Assembly (NCBI GenBank): GCA_965237675.1
Contig: OZ250150.1
Coordinates: 1,184,001-1,248,000 of the forward strand
Length of the DNA stretch: 64,000 bases
From: Candidatus Latescibacterota bacterium
GTDB taxonomy: Bacteria; Latescibacterota; UBA2968; GCA-2709665
Reading direction: 5' to 3'
Each line of letters begins with the position of its first letter. Within the stretch, counting starts at the first letter, position 1. The translations under genes and the position numbers were made by a program. The notes beneath the pieces are model-generated. The model did not search any database. It had not been told where the DNA came from and saw only the letters and a list, made by a program, of their open reading frames with translations. This document shows, in pieces, positions 39,183-49,237 of the stretch.

Positions 39183-39863
39183 TTATTCCTCGATCACATA
39201 ATCGAACAAAAGTACGCAGGCCGCCACAAACAGCAGTGCGAATGCCCCGCTGATTTTGATCCACGCGCCGATATCCGAGAGAGAATCGCCCGCGAGCACC
39301 GCCCGGAACGATTCGACGGCTGCCAGGAGGGCCGGAACCAGGACCGGAAGGGTGAGCATTGGCAACAGGGCCTCCTGAAGCCGGGTCTTGAGGGACATCG
39401 CGGCGAACAGCGTGCCGACGGCCGCAAATCCGAGGGTTCCCAGCAGAAGCGGTGGAATCAGGCGGGGCAGGTGTTGCCAGACGGCGATATTCAGAAAGAC
39501 AACCATAAGAGGGAGAAGCATGGCCTCCAGCAACAACATGGCGCCAAGGTTGGCCGCCATTTTGCCAAGATAGATGGCGCCTCTATCCGCGGGAGAAAGC
39601 AGGAGGCCTGTCAGGCAGTCGTTGTCACGTTCCGAGATGAAAGAACGCGTCAGGCCCATGAATCCGGAGAACGTAACGGCTATCCAGAAGATGCCCGGTG
39701 CCGCGTTTCTGATGGTTTCCGAATCGGGTGTAAATGCAAAATTAAAGACGAGAAGCACCAGAAACGCAAAAAAACACATTGCGCTGAGCCGTTCTTTGGT
39801 GCGTACCTCGGTCTTGATATCTTTCCAGAAGACAGCGCACGCCTGATGAAAGAAGATGGCCAT
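39183..39863 (-). CDS. ccmB: Heme exporter permease CcmB
   Basis: WKDIKTE, SFISERDNDCLTGLLL and LLPMLTLP; lies between ccmA and ccmC. Confidence 0.92.
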   Translation of the reverse strand: MAIFFHQACAVFWKDIKTEVRTKERLSAMCFFAFLVLLVFNFAFTPDSETIRNAAPGIFWIAVTFSGFMGLTRSFISERDNDCLTGLLLSPADRGAIYLGKMAANLGAMLLLEAMLLPLMVVFLNIAVWQHLPRLIPPLLLGTLGFAAVGTLFAAMSLKTRLQEALLPMLTLPVLVPALLAAVESFRAVLAGDSLSDIGAWIKISGAFALLFVAACVLLFDYVIEE

Positions 39864-39894
39864 GGGCGCTCAAGTTCCCTCGTTGCACAGGATT

Positions 39895-40665
39895 TCAGAA
39901 ATCAGCGGGTTCCTGTCCCGCCTTTATCCTGACGCCGGGGTTAGTGGAAGCGTGTTGGTTAATGGCATTCTCATAGTGCCTTTCCAGCGCTTCGAGCGAC
40001 AGTCCCGCGGTACCTCCCCGCGCAACAAACCGTCCCCGGTTCAAGATCGCGAAACCGTCCGTGAGTGTAAGACCCCGGTGCAGGTCGTGGGTCACCAGAA
40101 TGACCGTACGACCCTCCTGCCGAAGCTGGTGCAACCGATGGCTCAACATGGCGCAGGCGGCGGCATCCAGGCCAGCGAACGGCTCGTCGAGAAGAAGAAT
40201 CTTGGGCTGGTGGAGCGTAGCCCGGGCAATGGCGAGGCGCTGTTTCATGCCCCTGGAAAATCCCCGGACGCGGTCGTGCTCCCTGCCAGAAAGACCAACC
40301 CCTTCCAGAGCCTGCCGCACACGTTCTTTCAGGTTGCGCAGACCGTACAGGCGGCCATAGAAACGCAGGTTTTCACTTGCGGTCAGATCATCGTATAGAA
40401 AGGACTGGTGGGAGATCAGGCCGATATCCGCACGCACGCGTTCCGGTTCCCTGCAGGCGTCGACGCCCCGGATGAAGATCTGCCCCCGCGTGGGTTTGGA
40501 TAGGGTCGCGATAAGCCGCAGGAGCGTCGACTTGCCGGCCCCGTTCGGGCCCAGGAGCGCAAGGGCGCCACCTGGAATGTTGAGGTCGATGCCCTCGAGG
40601 ACGACGAGGGGGCCAAACCGTTTTTCCACGTTCTCGAGAACGATGGCCGGAGCGGGCGAGACCAC
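39895..40665 (-). CDS. ccmA: Heme exporter ATP-binding protein CcmA
   Basis: GPNGAGKS, FSRGM and LLLDEP motifs; GTG start near 40665. Confidence 0.9.
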   Translation of the reverse strand: MVSPAPAIVLENVEKRFGPLVVLEGIDLNIPGGALALLGPNGAGKSTLLRLIATLSKPTRGQIFIRGVDACREPERVRADIGLISHQSFLYDDLTASENLRFYGRLYGLRNLKERVRQALEGVGLSGREHDRVRGFSRGMKQRLAIARATLHQPKILLLDEPFAGLDAAACAMLSHRLHQLRQEGRTVILVTHDLHRGLTLTDGFAILNRGRFVARGGTAGLSLEALERHYENAINQHASTNPGVRIKAGQEPADF

Positions 40666-40670
40666 AACGC

Positions 40671-41765
40671 CTACGCCTCCCCTTCCAATAAACGGGTCAT
40701 TTCGACGAGCTCCGCTTTGAATGCATTTCGTCGGGTCTGGTAATCTTCTTTCAAAAGGCGGCCTTTTTCGTACCGCTCGTCCAGGTCCGCAATCTGATGG
40801 AGCAGGACATTTCTGCGGACTGGAAGACCGGGTTTGCGTTCGGCGGTTGTCCGCGCCGGAGCGCGGGGTTTTCCGGTCGGGCGAAAGAAGATGGCGAGAA
40901 GGGCAAAGCCGATTGCGAGACCCAGCAGTGTCCATTTGATGTCGATACCGGTTAACAGGCCGGATACGGACCATGCCTCCGGTCTTATTCTCAGGTCAAT
41001 TTTGTCTCCCCGGTTAAAGCCGGCACCGGAAAACCTGCGGAAGCTGTGCTGCTCGAAGGTGACTTCGCCCTGGTCCTGAAGCGCACCGCCGGTGATGTCG
41101 GCTCCCGACGGGTGGACGAGGACGTCCACGGCGCCGGTGGGATAACTCAGGGATTGTGACAGACGCCCGGAGGGAGGGAGGTCGAAGGTAAATACCAGTT
41201 GGCTGCGGCCTGGACGTACAGGATCGGGATTCACCAGGATGTCACCGTGCGTGTGCAGCCCCTGGGGGCCGCCCGTGATCTCGGTCACGCCTTCGGGAAG
41301 AAAAACTTCCAGGCCATGTCCATGCCCCTCGCCGGTTTTAAACGTGCGGTTGCCCTCGTTCTGCACGATGAGAATCTGCTCGACTTTCTTCTGGGCGGCA
41401 TCGACAATGATGTGGTGTGCGGCAACGGAGATGGCCGTATCTGAGTCGGTCGTTTCGTAGACGACAATTTCGTTGGGGCCGTCCTCAACCCGTTGGGCGT
41501 AGTTGACGCCCCCATAGGTCGCGGAAAGAAACCAACGCGCGTTGTTGCCATCCTGGACTTGGAACGAGAAACGACCCTGCCCGTCGGTCGTATCCTGACG
41601 GATGGTTTCAGTTTCGGCGTCGTGGCGAATCAGGGAGACCGGGCAGCCCGGCTGAGGTTGCGACCGCGTCTCATTGGTGACATGTCCAATGACAAGGTTA
41701 GCCGCTGCGGCAGGATCCGCAATACCGATCAGAACGAAGGCGACGCAGCAAAGACGTGTGCTCAT
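40671..41765 (-). CDS. Uncharacterised ccm-operon protein: signal peptide, carboxypeptidase-regulatory-like beta domain, TM, CcmI-like helical tail
   Basis: GHVTN...TTDGQGRFSF, YGGVNY and VYETT; TM; LLHQIADLDERYEKGRLLKEDY. Confidence 0.75.
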   Translation of the reverse strand: MSTRLCCVAFVLIGIADPAAAANLVIGHVTNETRSQPQPGCPVSLIRHDAETETIRQDTTDGQGRFSFQVQDGNNARWFLSATYGGVNYAQRVEDGPNEIVVYETTDSDTAISVAAHHIIVDAAQKKVEQILIVQNEGNRTFKTGEGHGHGLEVFLPEGVTEITGGPQGLHTHGDILVNPDPVRPGRSQLVFTFDLPPSGRLSQSLSYPTGAVDVLVHPSGADITGGALQDQGEVTFEQHSFRRFSGAGFNRGDKIDLRIRPEAWSVSGLLTGIDIKWTLLGLAIGFALLAIFFRPTGKPRAPARTTAERKPGLPVRRNVLLHQIADLDERYEKGRLLKEDYQTRRNAFKAELVEMTRLLEGEA

Positions 41766-42190
41766 TGACGAGGTTCCACGAGGTCTTTGCCGCATTGAGG
41801 ACAGAAATGGGCGCCTGCCGGCGCTGCGGCGCCGCACCCGGTACAACTTCCCGTATCAAATTCTCTGAGGGCGGCGATTTCCTGTTCGATGCGATCCTCG
41901 ATTGCCAACGTGGGGCCGGCGGTTTCCTCGATGGCTCTCATCAGTTCCACGGCCCGATTTTCGTAGCGCGTGCGCGTGGCGCGATAGTCGTCCTCTTCGA
42001 CCTTTCCCATGCGGTAGTCGAAGTCCAGTTCGCGGATGGCGTCATAAAGGGTTTCCCTATCCTGAAGGAGTTGGCTTCCGCGACCGGACCCTGCATTCGC
42101 CTGTCCTACCCGACCTCGCTTGGTCATGAACGGGCGGAAGACAAAGATGAAGACGACCGCGACAATACCGATGCAGACCGCGCCGCTCAC
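41762..42190 (-). CDS. Uncharacterised ccm-operon protein: TM, CcmI-like helices, C-terminal zinc ribbon
   Basis: AIRELDFDYRMGKVEEDDY; CTGC...CPQCG. Confidence 0.8.
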   Translation of the reverse strand: MSGAVCIGIVAVVFIFVFRPFMTKRGRVGQANAGSGRGSQLLQDRETLYDAIRELDFDYRMGKVEEDDYRATRTRYENRAVELMRAIEETAGPTLAIEDRIEQEIAALREFDTGSCTGCGAAAPAGAHFCPQCGKDLVEPRQ

Positions 42191-42747
42191 TGATCTCGCT
42201 CCCTGAGTTCCTGTTCCAGCCTCAATCTATAGGCGTCGTCCGCCTCTGTTTTCGAGACCCGGCTGGCGACGGGAGCGACACGTTGCCGCGACCAGTTGCG
42301 TAATACAGCAAACACCCCAAAGGCGCCAAGTACCAGGACCAAAAAGGGCATGATCCAGGCACTGAGGTTGAAGCCCTCCGCAGGGGGCGTCACAAATATT
42401 TCCAGGCCGAATTCGTCCACAAAACCGGCGACAATGGCCTCCTTATTCTGTCCGGCCTCCAGCGCGTCGGCAATGCGTGCCCGGTTCCGTTTCGCCCAGC
42501 CGCAGGCACACTCGTCCAATGGCCGGCGAGGACAGTCGCCGCAGAGACAGGCGAGACCTTTTGCCACTTCCTTCACCCGATCCGGATTGACTTCGGCCCT
42601 TGCGGAGAATACAGGCGAGAGAAGCAGGAACGCGCAGGCGATCGCCGGCACCTGGAAGATGGAGAACGGAAAGAAGAGGACACCGGCTTTCTTTCGTTTT
42701 CCATGTTTGGTTGATCGTCTCTTGTTTTTCAGGCCGAACCCTTTCAT
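42187..42747 (-). CDS. ccmH: CcmH-like cytochrome c biogenesis protein (Cys-rich variant)
   Basis: LACLCGDC..ECAC, FVDEFG, PP..GFNLSAWIMP; ATGA overlap with ccmF. Confidence 0.8.
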   Translation of the reverse strand: MKGFGLKNKRRSTKHGKRKKAGVLFFPFSIFQVPAIACAFLLLSPVFSARAEVNPDRVKEVAKGLACLCGDCPRRPLDECACGWAKRNRARIADALEAGQNKEAIVAGFVDEFGLEIFVTPPAEGFNLSAWIMPFLVLVLGAFGVFAVLRNWSRQRVAPVASRVSKTEADDAYRLRLEQELRERDQ

Positions 42748-44726
42748 GACGCGGCAGGAAGCCCGACTGTCCGTCTGCGCCTCTGGCGGTCCCGTCTGTC
42801 TGGCAGGATGGCAATCCCGGTCCCGAGGGTAAGGACCCATGCGCCAATCCAGACCCAAATCACGAGAGGATTGACATAAATTCTGAATAACGCGGCGCCG
42901 TCCGGATCCCGGCCTTCATAGAGAACGTAGAGGTCTTCACGCAGGCTGGACCGGATGGCAACTTCGGTCGTGCGCTGCTGGTCTCTTCGTTTGTAAAATT
43001 TATGCTGTTCGGGCCACATCGTACCCAGGCGTCTGTCACCTTGGTACACGCCAAGCTGCGTCTGGTGAACGATGGTAAGCGGATTCTGGCTCCGGGAATA
43101 GCCTTCGTAGACGACGCGGTATTTGCCGATGTCCACGGACTCGCCATGTTTCAACCCCACCTCGATTTCATGGTTGAAGGCATTGCCGGTGAACCCGAAG
43201 AAGAGCAGCACAACGCCGAAGTGAACGATGTACCCGCCGTAACGACGGCGGTTTCTTACGGTGAGCGCCCAGAGCGCCTTGAGATATGGCTCATTGGAAC
43301 TGCTGCCCCGCGCCCGAGCGCCTCTGTGAAACTCCGTGGCGATCGCGCCGGTAACGAAACCGCAAAAGGCAAAGGAGATCAGCGCGTACGGATCCCGCAC
43401 CCCCAGCCCGAAGGCGATTGCGCTGCAGACAAGCCCGAAGATGCCCGGCCCGGAAAAATGCTTTTTCAGGCTGCGCCCCGACGTCTTGCGCCAGGCCAGC
43501 AGCGGGCCCACGCCCGTCAGCAGAAGGAGCAACAGGCCGATGGGCGTCATGACCGTGTTGAAAAAGGGCGGGCCCACCGTGATTTTGGATCCGGTGACGG
43601 CTTCGGACAGCACCGGAAACATGACGCCCCAGAACACCGCAAATGCGGCTGTCAGGAAGAGCAGGTTATTGAGCAGGAAACCGCCTTCGCGGGAGACGGG
43701 GGATTCATATTCGTTCCTGCTCTTGAGCAACGGGCGCCGCCACCAGAGTATGCCCGCGGAAAAGACCACGATTGCCGCCACAAAATAAAGGAAAACGGTA
43801 CCGATGGGCGACTGAGCAAACGCGTGCACGGAGGAAACCAGGCCGCTGCGGGTCAGGAAGGTACCGTAGATGCACAGGGTAAACGTGAGGATAATCAGCG
43901 CCATGTTCCAGGTTCTGAGCATGCCCTTTTTTTCCTGGATCATGACCGAGTGCAGAAAGGCGGTGCCTGTCAGCCAGGGAAGCAGGGCGGCATTCTCAAC
44001 CGGGTCCCAACCCCAGTACCCGCCCCATCCGAGAACCACGTAGGCCCAGTTACCGCCCAGAAGCTGGCCGGTTCCCAGGAAAAACCAGGCCCATATGGTC
44101 CAGCGCCGGGTCGTGCGAATCCATTCTTCGTCCACCCGTTGGCTCAGAAGCGCGGCCATTGCAAAAGCATAAGGTACGACAAATCCGACGTAACCGAGGT
44201 AAAGCATCGGGGGGTGAATGGCCATGGCCGGATGGACCAGAAGCGGGTTCATGCCCTGGCCGTCGGCCGGCATGAAGTCGAGCTCCCGGAAGGGATTCTC
44301 GTAGTGACCGATGAGGACCAGGAAGAAGACCTGAGTGAGCGACATGACGACCGACGCGTAAGAGGCGAGCGGGCCTCGGAACCTTCGGGTGTTACGCGTG
44401 GCGAAGAAATTGAATCCGGAGAGAATGAAGGCCCATAGCAGGAGCGAACCCTCCATGCCCGACCAGACGGCGGTGAACTTATACGGCACCGGCAGGTCGC
44501 GGCTGGAATGGCCGGCTACGTAGTGGAGATCGAAGCGATCGGTGAGAAAAAAGGACTCAAGCAGGCCGAATGACGCCAGAACCATCAGAAAAGTGGCGCC
44601 AACCGCGCGTTCGGTGCTGAGTGTGAGATCCAGCCTGCCAGTCCGGCCGGCCAGCGAGCCCGACACCGCCGCGTATAAAGAAGTGGCAACGGAGAACCAG
44701 ATGAGGAAATTGCCGAGTTCAGCCAT
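42744..44726 (-). CDS. ccmF: Heme lyase CcmF/NrfE
   Basis: EGSLLLW, GMNPLL, IHPPMLY, WGGYWGWDPVEN, TRSG..SVHAF and YIVHFG motifs. Confidence 0.96.
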   Translation of the reverse strand: MAELGNFLIWFSVATSLYAAVSGSLAGRTGRLDLTLSTERAVGATFLMVLASFGLLESFFLTDRFDLHYVAGHSSRDLPVPYKFTAVWSGMEGSLLLWAFILSGFNFFATRNTRRFRGPLASYASVVMSLTQVFFLVLIGHYENPFRELDFMPADGQGMNPLLVHPAMAIHPPMLYLGYVGFVVPYAFAMAALLSQRVDEEWIRTTRRWTIWAWFFLGTGQLLGGNWAYVVLGWGGYWGWDPVENAALLPWLTGTAFLHSVMIQEKKGMLRTWNMALIILTFTLCIYGTFLTRSGLVSSVHAFAQSPIGTVFLYFVAAIVVFSAGILWWRRPLLKSRNEYESPVSREGGFLLNNLLFLTAAFAVFWGVMFPVLSEAVTGSKITVGPPFFNTVMTPIGLLLLLLTGVGPLLAWRKTSGRSLKKHFSGPGIFGLVCSAIAFGLGVRDPYALISFAFCGFVTGAIATEFHRGARARGSSSNEPYLKALWALTVRNRRRYGGYIVHFGVVLLFFGFTGNAFNHEIEVGLKHGESVDIGKYRVVYEGYSRSQNPLTIVHQTQLGVYQGDRRLGTMWPEQHKFYKRRDQQRTTEVAIRSSLREDLYVLYEGRDPDGAALFRIYVNPLVIWVWIGAWVLTLGTGIAILPDRRDRQRRRRTVGLPAAS

Positions 44727-44773
44727 CGTTGGAACCACGGGGCATCGGATGATCCGGCTTTCCTGTTTGAACC

Positions 44774-45211
44774 TTACCTTTTATAGGCATTCTTGATGTC
44801 TTCGTAAGATTGGCCCTCGTATTTGGAGGGGCATTTCGCCAGCAAGTTATCCGCCCTGAAGAGTCCGTTCGGGCCCACTTTGCCTTCCAGGACCACGTCT
44901 GCTTCGTCTCTGAACGTATCCGGAACAATGCCCGAATATACCACCGAACGTTTGGCGGAGAAGGCTTCTTCTCCCACCGGTTCCCATATCTGAAACTCGA
45001 CGGTTCGATCCGGACTTTTCCGGATGGAACCGGGCGTGACCTTGCCGGCGAGTTTGATGCGTTTGTCCGCAAATTCAGTCTCACGTGCTTCCAGTTCGGA
45101 AACGGTGAGGTAATACATCCCCATCTTCTGGGAACTGGTTACAACCAGCAGAATAAGGCACGCGACAATAACGGCGAATCCAGCGATGAATTTGACTTTT
45201 CGGACCGTCAT
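44774..45211 (-). CDS. ccmE: Heme chaperone CcmE, CxxxY type
   Basis: TM, YYLTVSE, PDTF and LLAKCPSKY. Confidence 0.92.
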   Translation of the reverse strand: MTVRKVKFIAGFAVIVACLILLVVTSSQKMGMYYLTVSELEARETEFADKRIKLAGKVTPGSIRKSPDRTVEFQIWEPVGEEAFSAKRSVVYSGIVPDTFRDEADVVLEGKVGPNGLFRADNLLAKCPSKYEGQSYEDIKNAYKR

Positions 45212-45538
45212 GATCGAAGTTTCCGGCGAGAATACGGCTTCACGAAACCCTCTGGAATCGTCGCTTTCGAGCGTGTCCGGGCCACCGTTTCGCTTCGTTC
45301 TGGAAAGTCGGGACCGGAAGTCCGGGGGTAACCCCGTTTGCGAACGAAATATATAAAAAATCGACACATTATCCACATAAAATCGGAAAGCCGGAAGGAA
45401 CCCGCCGGCCCGAGTCCCGCGGCCGGATCGAAATGACTTGACAGCGTTCGTTCCGGAACCATATTCAGGATCGCCCGGTACCGCCGGGAGATTGCGGGGG
45501 CATTTTTCATTCCGTTCCATTGGATGAGGGAGGACAAC

Positions 45539-46357
45539 ATGGCTGTTTTGGACGCCGAGGCGTTGGATTTCTGGGAGGAGAACGGATACGTTGTCGTGCC
45601 CGAGGCTGTCCCGCCGGAAAACTGCCGCGAGGCCGAACGGGCCGTTTGGAGGTTTCTGGACATGGACTCCGGAGATGCGAGTTCGTGGTACCCGGATCCG
45701 CCGAGGCCCGGAATCATGGTCGAAATGTACCAGCACCAGGCGCTGTGGAACAACCGGCAGCACCCCAGGGTGCACCGTGCGTTTGCACAGATCTGGGGGA
45801 CCGAAGAACTCTGGGTGAGTTTCGACAGGACGAGTCTGAACCCGCCGGAGCGACCGGGTTTTGCGTTCAAGGGACCTTACCTGCACTGGGATATTTCACT
45901 CGAAGATCCATCGCGCTTCATGGTACAGGGCGTGCTGTATCTGTCCGATACAGCGGCCAATCAGGGCGCGTTCACGTGCATACCCGGCTTTCATCGGCGT
46001 ATTGCGGACTGGCTCGAGACGTTATCGGAGGAGGACGACCCAAGGAGCCGGATGCAGGCGGAATTCGGACATCAGGCAAAGCCGATCGCCGGCAAGGAGG
46101 GTGATCTCGTAATCTGGAACAGTCTGTTGCCCCATGGAAGCAGTCCGAACTCGGCCGACCGGCCGCGCATTGCGCAATACATCACGATGACTCCGGCGAA
46201 AGATGACGACGAATCGCATCGGGAAAGCCGTATTGAGGGCTGGCGTGAACGCCTGACTGGGCTGGGGAAGAACCAGAAGGAAAAGGAGCACGTCGAAGGC
46301 GAAACGGCGCAGTTGACGCCGATCGGGCGAAAGCTCCTGGGCCTGGATCGCTGGTAG
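45539..46357 (+). CDS. Phytanoyl-CoA dioxygenase (PhyH) family protein
   Basis: FWEENGY, LHWD, VQGVLYL, CIPGFH and LPHG motifs; GGAGG RBS; TTGACA-16-CATATT at 45438-45465. Confidence 0.88.
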   Translation: MAVLDAEALDFWEENGYVVVPEAVPPENCREAERAVWRFLDMDSGDASSWYPDPPRPGIMVEMYQHQALWNNRQHPRVHRAFAQIWGTEELWVSFDRTSLNPPERPGFAFKGPYLHWDISLEDPSRFMVQGVLYLSDTAANQGAFTCIPGFHRRIADWLETLSEEDDPRSRMQAEFGHQAKPIAGKEGDLVIWNSLLPHGSSPNSADRPRIAQYITMTPAKDDDESHRESRIEGWRERLTGLGKNQKEKEHVEGETAQLTPIGRKLLGLDRW

Positions 46358-46440
46358 CCCGGAACGCCGACTGTCGGCAACGTAGGGTCTCCTGCGGACC
46401 GCGGTTCGCTGCGCACCGATTTTCGAAGCCGGGGCGATCT

Positions 46441-46641
46441 ATGGTGTTTCGCCATGAAAATCGCGAGTTTATACTGAATGCCAGATATGACGGCGATTTC
46501 TGGATTGTCGGCGTATTCGAGTGTGTGGATGGGAAGCGGCGCCTGCGGTTCGAGTACAAGTTGAATACACCGTCGGATGAATCGGCGGCGTGTGACCGTG
46601 CGTGGGAACTCTTTTCCGCGCGGAAACTGGAGGGGCGATAA
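46441..46641 (+). CDS. Small hypothetical protein (66 aa)
   Basis: Globular-looking composition; fills the gap before the dnaK terminator. Confidence 0.5.
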   Translation: MVFRHENREFILNARYDGDFWIVGVFECVDGKRRLRFEYKLNTPSDESAACDRAWELFSARKLEGR

Positions 46642-46669
46642 ACGATGTAGCCACCCGATAACCATGCGC

Positions 46670-46711
46670 AAACAAAAAAGCGGAGGCCATCCCCATGGAA
46701 TCGCCTCCGCT
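46670..46711 (-). terminator. Intrinsic terminator of dnaK
   Basis: agcggaggc/gcctccgct stem with a T-tract on the minus strand. Confidence 0.8.
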
Positions 46712-46730
46712 GTTCATTTGCGATTGTGGA

Positions 46731-48650
46731 TTACTTCTGTTTGTCGTCATCCACGACTTCGTACTCGGCGTCGACAACGCCGTCGTCTTTCTTCTGCTCG
46801 CCGGCGGCCCGCCCGGGATCGCCCGGAGCTCCGGCCTCGGGACCCGCCTGCGAGGCCTGCGCATAGAGTTCGCTGGCCACCTGGTGCCACTCCTGCGTAA
46901 GCGCTTCGGTGGCGGATTTGATTTCTTCCACGTTTTCGCCTTTGAGCGTTTCCTTCACCCGGTCCACCGCGGCCTGCACCTTGGCTTTGGCATCTTCGCT
47001 GATTTTGTCGCCCATTTCACCGAGTTGTTTTTCGGTCTGGTAGACCTGCTGATCCGCCTGGTTGCGAATTTCGATGCCCTCGCGCCGCTTCTTGTCATCC
47101 GCGGCGTTCGCCTTGGCGTCGCCGACCATCCGTTCGATTTCCGTATCGGACAGGCCCGAGGAGGCTTCAATGCGAATGCTCTGCTCCTTATCGGTCCCCA
47201 TGTCTTTGGCGGAGACGTTCATAATTCCGTTGGCGTCGATGTCGAAGCTGACTTCGATCTGTGGTGTGCCTCGGGGCGCGGGCGGAATACCGTCCAGGTG
47301 GAATCGGCCGATGGTACGGTTGTCAACCGCCATATCCCGTTCGCCCTGAAGCACGTGTACCTCGACCGAAGGCTGGCTGTCGGCCGCCGTTGAAAAGACC
47401 TGAGATTTCTTCGTGGGAATGGTGGTGTTGCGATCGATGAGCCTGGTCAACACGCCCCCCAGGGTTTCAATACCGAGAGACAGGGGGGTGACATCGAGCA
47501 GCACGACGTCTTTGACGTCGCCCGAGAGGACACCGGCCTGGATGGCGGCGCCCACCGCGACCACTTCGTCCGGGTTTACGCCCCGGTTCGGCTCTCTTCC
47601 AAAGAGTTCCTTGACCGCCTCCTGAACTTTGGGAATGCGGGTGCTGCCGCCAACCAGAATGACTTCGTTGATCTCCGACGGGGAAAGACCCGCGTCTTTG
47701 ATCGCCTGGATACACGGCCTCTTCGTGCGTTCAACCAGGTCTTCCACGAGTTGCTCGAACTTGGCCCTGGACAGGGTCAGGTTCATATGCTTGGGACCCG
47801 ATGCATCGGCCGTGACAAAGGGCAGATTCACATCGGTTTGCAGTGAACTGGAAAGCTCACACTTGGCTTTTTCGGCGGCTTCCTTCAGACGCTGCAGCGC
47901 CATCGGGTCGTTGCGCAGGTCAATGCTGTTCTCGCGCTGGAATTCCGCCGCGAGCCAGTCGATGATGCGCTGATCGAAGTCGTCCCCGCCCAGGTGGGTA
48001 TCCCCGTTGGTGGACTTGACTTCGAAAACGCCGTCGCCCAATTCCAGAATGGAAATGTCGAACGTACCGCCACCCAGATCGTAGACGGCGATAATCTCGT
48101 CATCTTTCTTGTCCAGGCCATAGGCCAATGACGCCGCCGTGGGTTCGTTGACGATGCGCTTCACGTTCAGGCCGGCGATTTTCCCCGCGTCTGTGGTGGC
48201 TTTGCGCTGGGCGTCGTTAAAGTAAGCCGGGACCGTGATCACGGCGTCCGTAATGGTCTCGCCAAGGTATTCTTCGGCCGTCTGTTTCATTTTCTGGAGG
48301 ACCATGGCCGAGATCTCGGGAGGGGTATACGTCTTGTCGCCCACCCTTATGGTAGCAAGGGCGTTGTTCTCTCTTTTGACTTCGTAGGGCACTTCCCCAA
48401 TTTCATTGGGTACTTCCTCGTAGCGCCTGCCCATAAACCGTTTGATGGAATAGACGGTGTTGTGCGGGTTCGTCACGGCCTGTCGTTTTGCCACCTGACC
48501 GACGAGGCGTTCGTCGTCTTTGGTGAAAGCGATCACCGAAGGCGTCGTGCGCCCGCCTTCGGTATTGGGAATCACGACAGGGTCGCCCCCCTCCATAACA
48601 GCCACGCAGGAGTTGGTCGTTCCCAGATCGATTCCGATAATTTTGCCCAT
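46731..48650 (-). CDS. dnaK: Chaperone DnaK
   Basis: [25 protein letters not shown] and LVGGSTRIP motifs. Confidence 0.99.
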   Translation of the reverse strand: MGKIIGIDLGTTNSCVAVMEGGDPVVIPNTEGGRTTPSVIAFTKDDERLVGQVAKRQAVTNPHNTVYSIKRFMGRRYEEVPNEIGEVPYEVKRENNALATIRVGDKTYTPPEISAMVLQKMKQTAEEYLGETITDAVITVPAYFNDAQRKATTDAGKIAGLNVKRIVNEPTAASLAYGLDKKDDEIIAVYDLGGGTFDISILELGDGVFEVKSTNGDTHLGGDDFDQRIIDWLAAEFQRENSIDLRNDPMALQRLKEAAEKAKCELSSSLQTDVNLPFVTADASGPKHMNLTLSRAKFEQLVEDLVERTKRPCIQAIKDAGLSPSEINEVILVGGSTRIPKVQEAVKELFGREPNRGVNPDEVVAVGAAIQAGVLSGDVKDVVLLDVTPLSLGIETLGGVLTRLIDRNTTIPTKKSQVFSTAADSQPSVEVHVLQGERDMAVDNRTIGRFHLDGIPPAPRGTPQIEVSFDIDANGIMNVSAKDMGTDKEQSIRIEASSGLSDTEIERMVGDAKANAADDKKRREGIEIRNQADQQVYQTEKQLGEMGDKISEDAKAKVQAAVDRVKETLKGENVEEIKSATEALTQEWHQVASELYAQASQAGPEAGAPGDPGRAAGEQKKDDGVVDAEYEVVDDDKQK

Positions 48651-48685
48651 TGGTTGAATTCCTTTCTATTGAAACCGGGTCTGTT

Positions 48686-48979
48686 TTATGCCGCCTTTTC
48701 CTTTTTTTTGGACTTGGTATCGCTGCCGCTTTTGTCTTTTGAGTCTTTTTTTGTGTCTTTAGGGGCATCTTTTTTTGCGTCCGCTTTATAACCGTCGCTC
48801 CGGTAGTCGGTAATATAGAATCCCGACCCTTTGAAGAGCAGTCCTGCACCGGCGCCGATGAGCCGTTTCAGCTTTCGTTCGCCGCATTCCGGACATTTGC
48901 GCAGCGGAGACGACGTAATGCTCTGAAAGTGCTCGAATTGATGGCTACACGCTTCACAAACGTAGTCATATGTGGGCAT
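48686..48979 (-). CDS. FmdB family zinc-ribbon protein
   Basis: MPTYDYVCEAC...CPECG...FKGSGFYITDY; Lys/Asp-rich tail. Confidence 0.9.
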   Translation of the reverse strand: MPTYDYVCEACSHQFEHFQSITSSPLRKCPECGERKLKRLIGAGAGLLFKGSGFYITDYRSDGYKADAKKDAPKDTKKDSKDKSGSDTKSKKKEKAA

Positions 48980-49237
48980 AAACGGCATCCTTTTCTGTGG
49001 GCTTCGGATTGACGAAAGAACCTACTGTGCATTTGGAGCAACATGAGTACCATAGAAATAGAAATATAGTGAAATATATTAAAAACAAGTAGATATTGAA
49101 TCCATCGCGAGATTTGCACCCGTTCTGATACTGCTAATTCTGCATAATAATGCCAATATGGCACATACAATAAGAGATGACTGCAAAGAATGCAGCGATC
49201 TTGGATGACAGGGTGTCGGTGGTGGCAGGGCAGGCCG

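Noticed and set aside
45369-45377. oriC suggested by a perfect DnaA box TTATCCACA
   Set aside because: Single box, with no cluster, unwinding repeats or dnaA/dnaN nearby; expected by chance at this scale
45212-45886. Long N-terminal fusion on CcmE
   Set aside because: Overlaps the PhyH gene on the opposite strand; CcmE similarity starts at 45211
49113-49137. CIRCE element upstream of FmdB-dnaK
   Set aside because: Spacer is 7 nt rather than 9 and both arms are mismatched
49141-49156. Sigma54 promoter on the minus strand (TTGGCATTATTATGCA)
   Set aside because: GG-to-GC spacing is 9 nt; sigma54 requires 10
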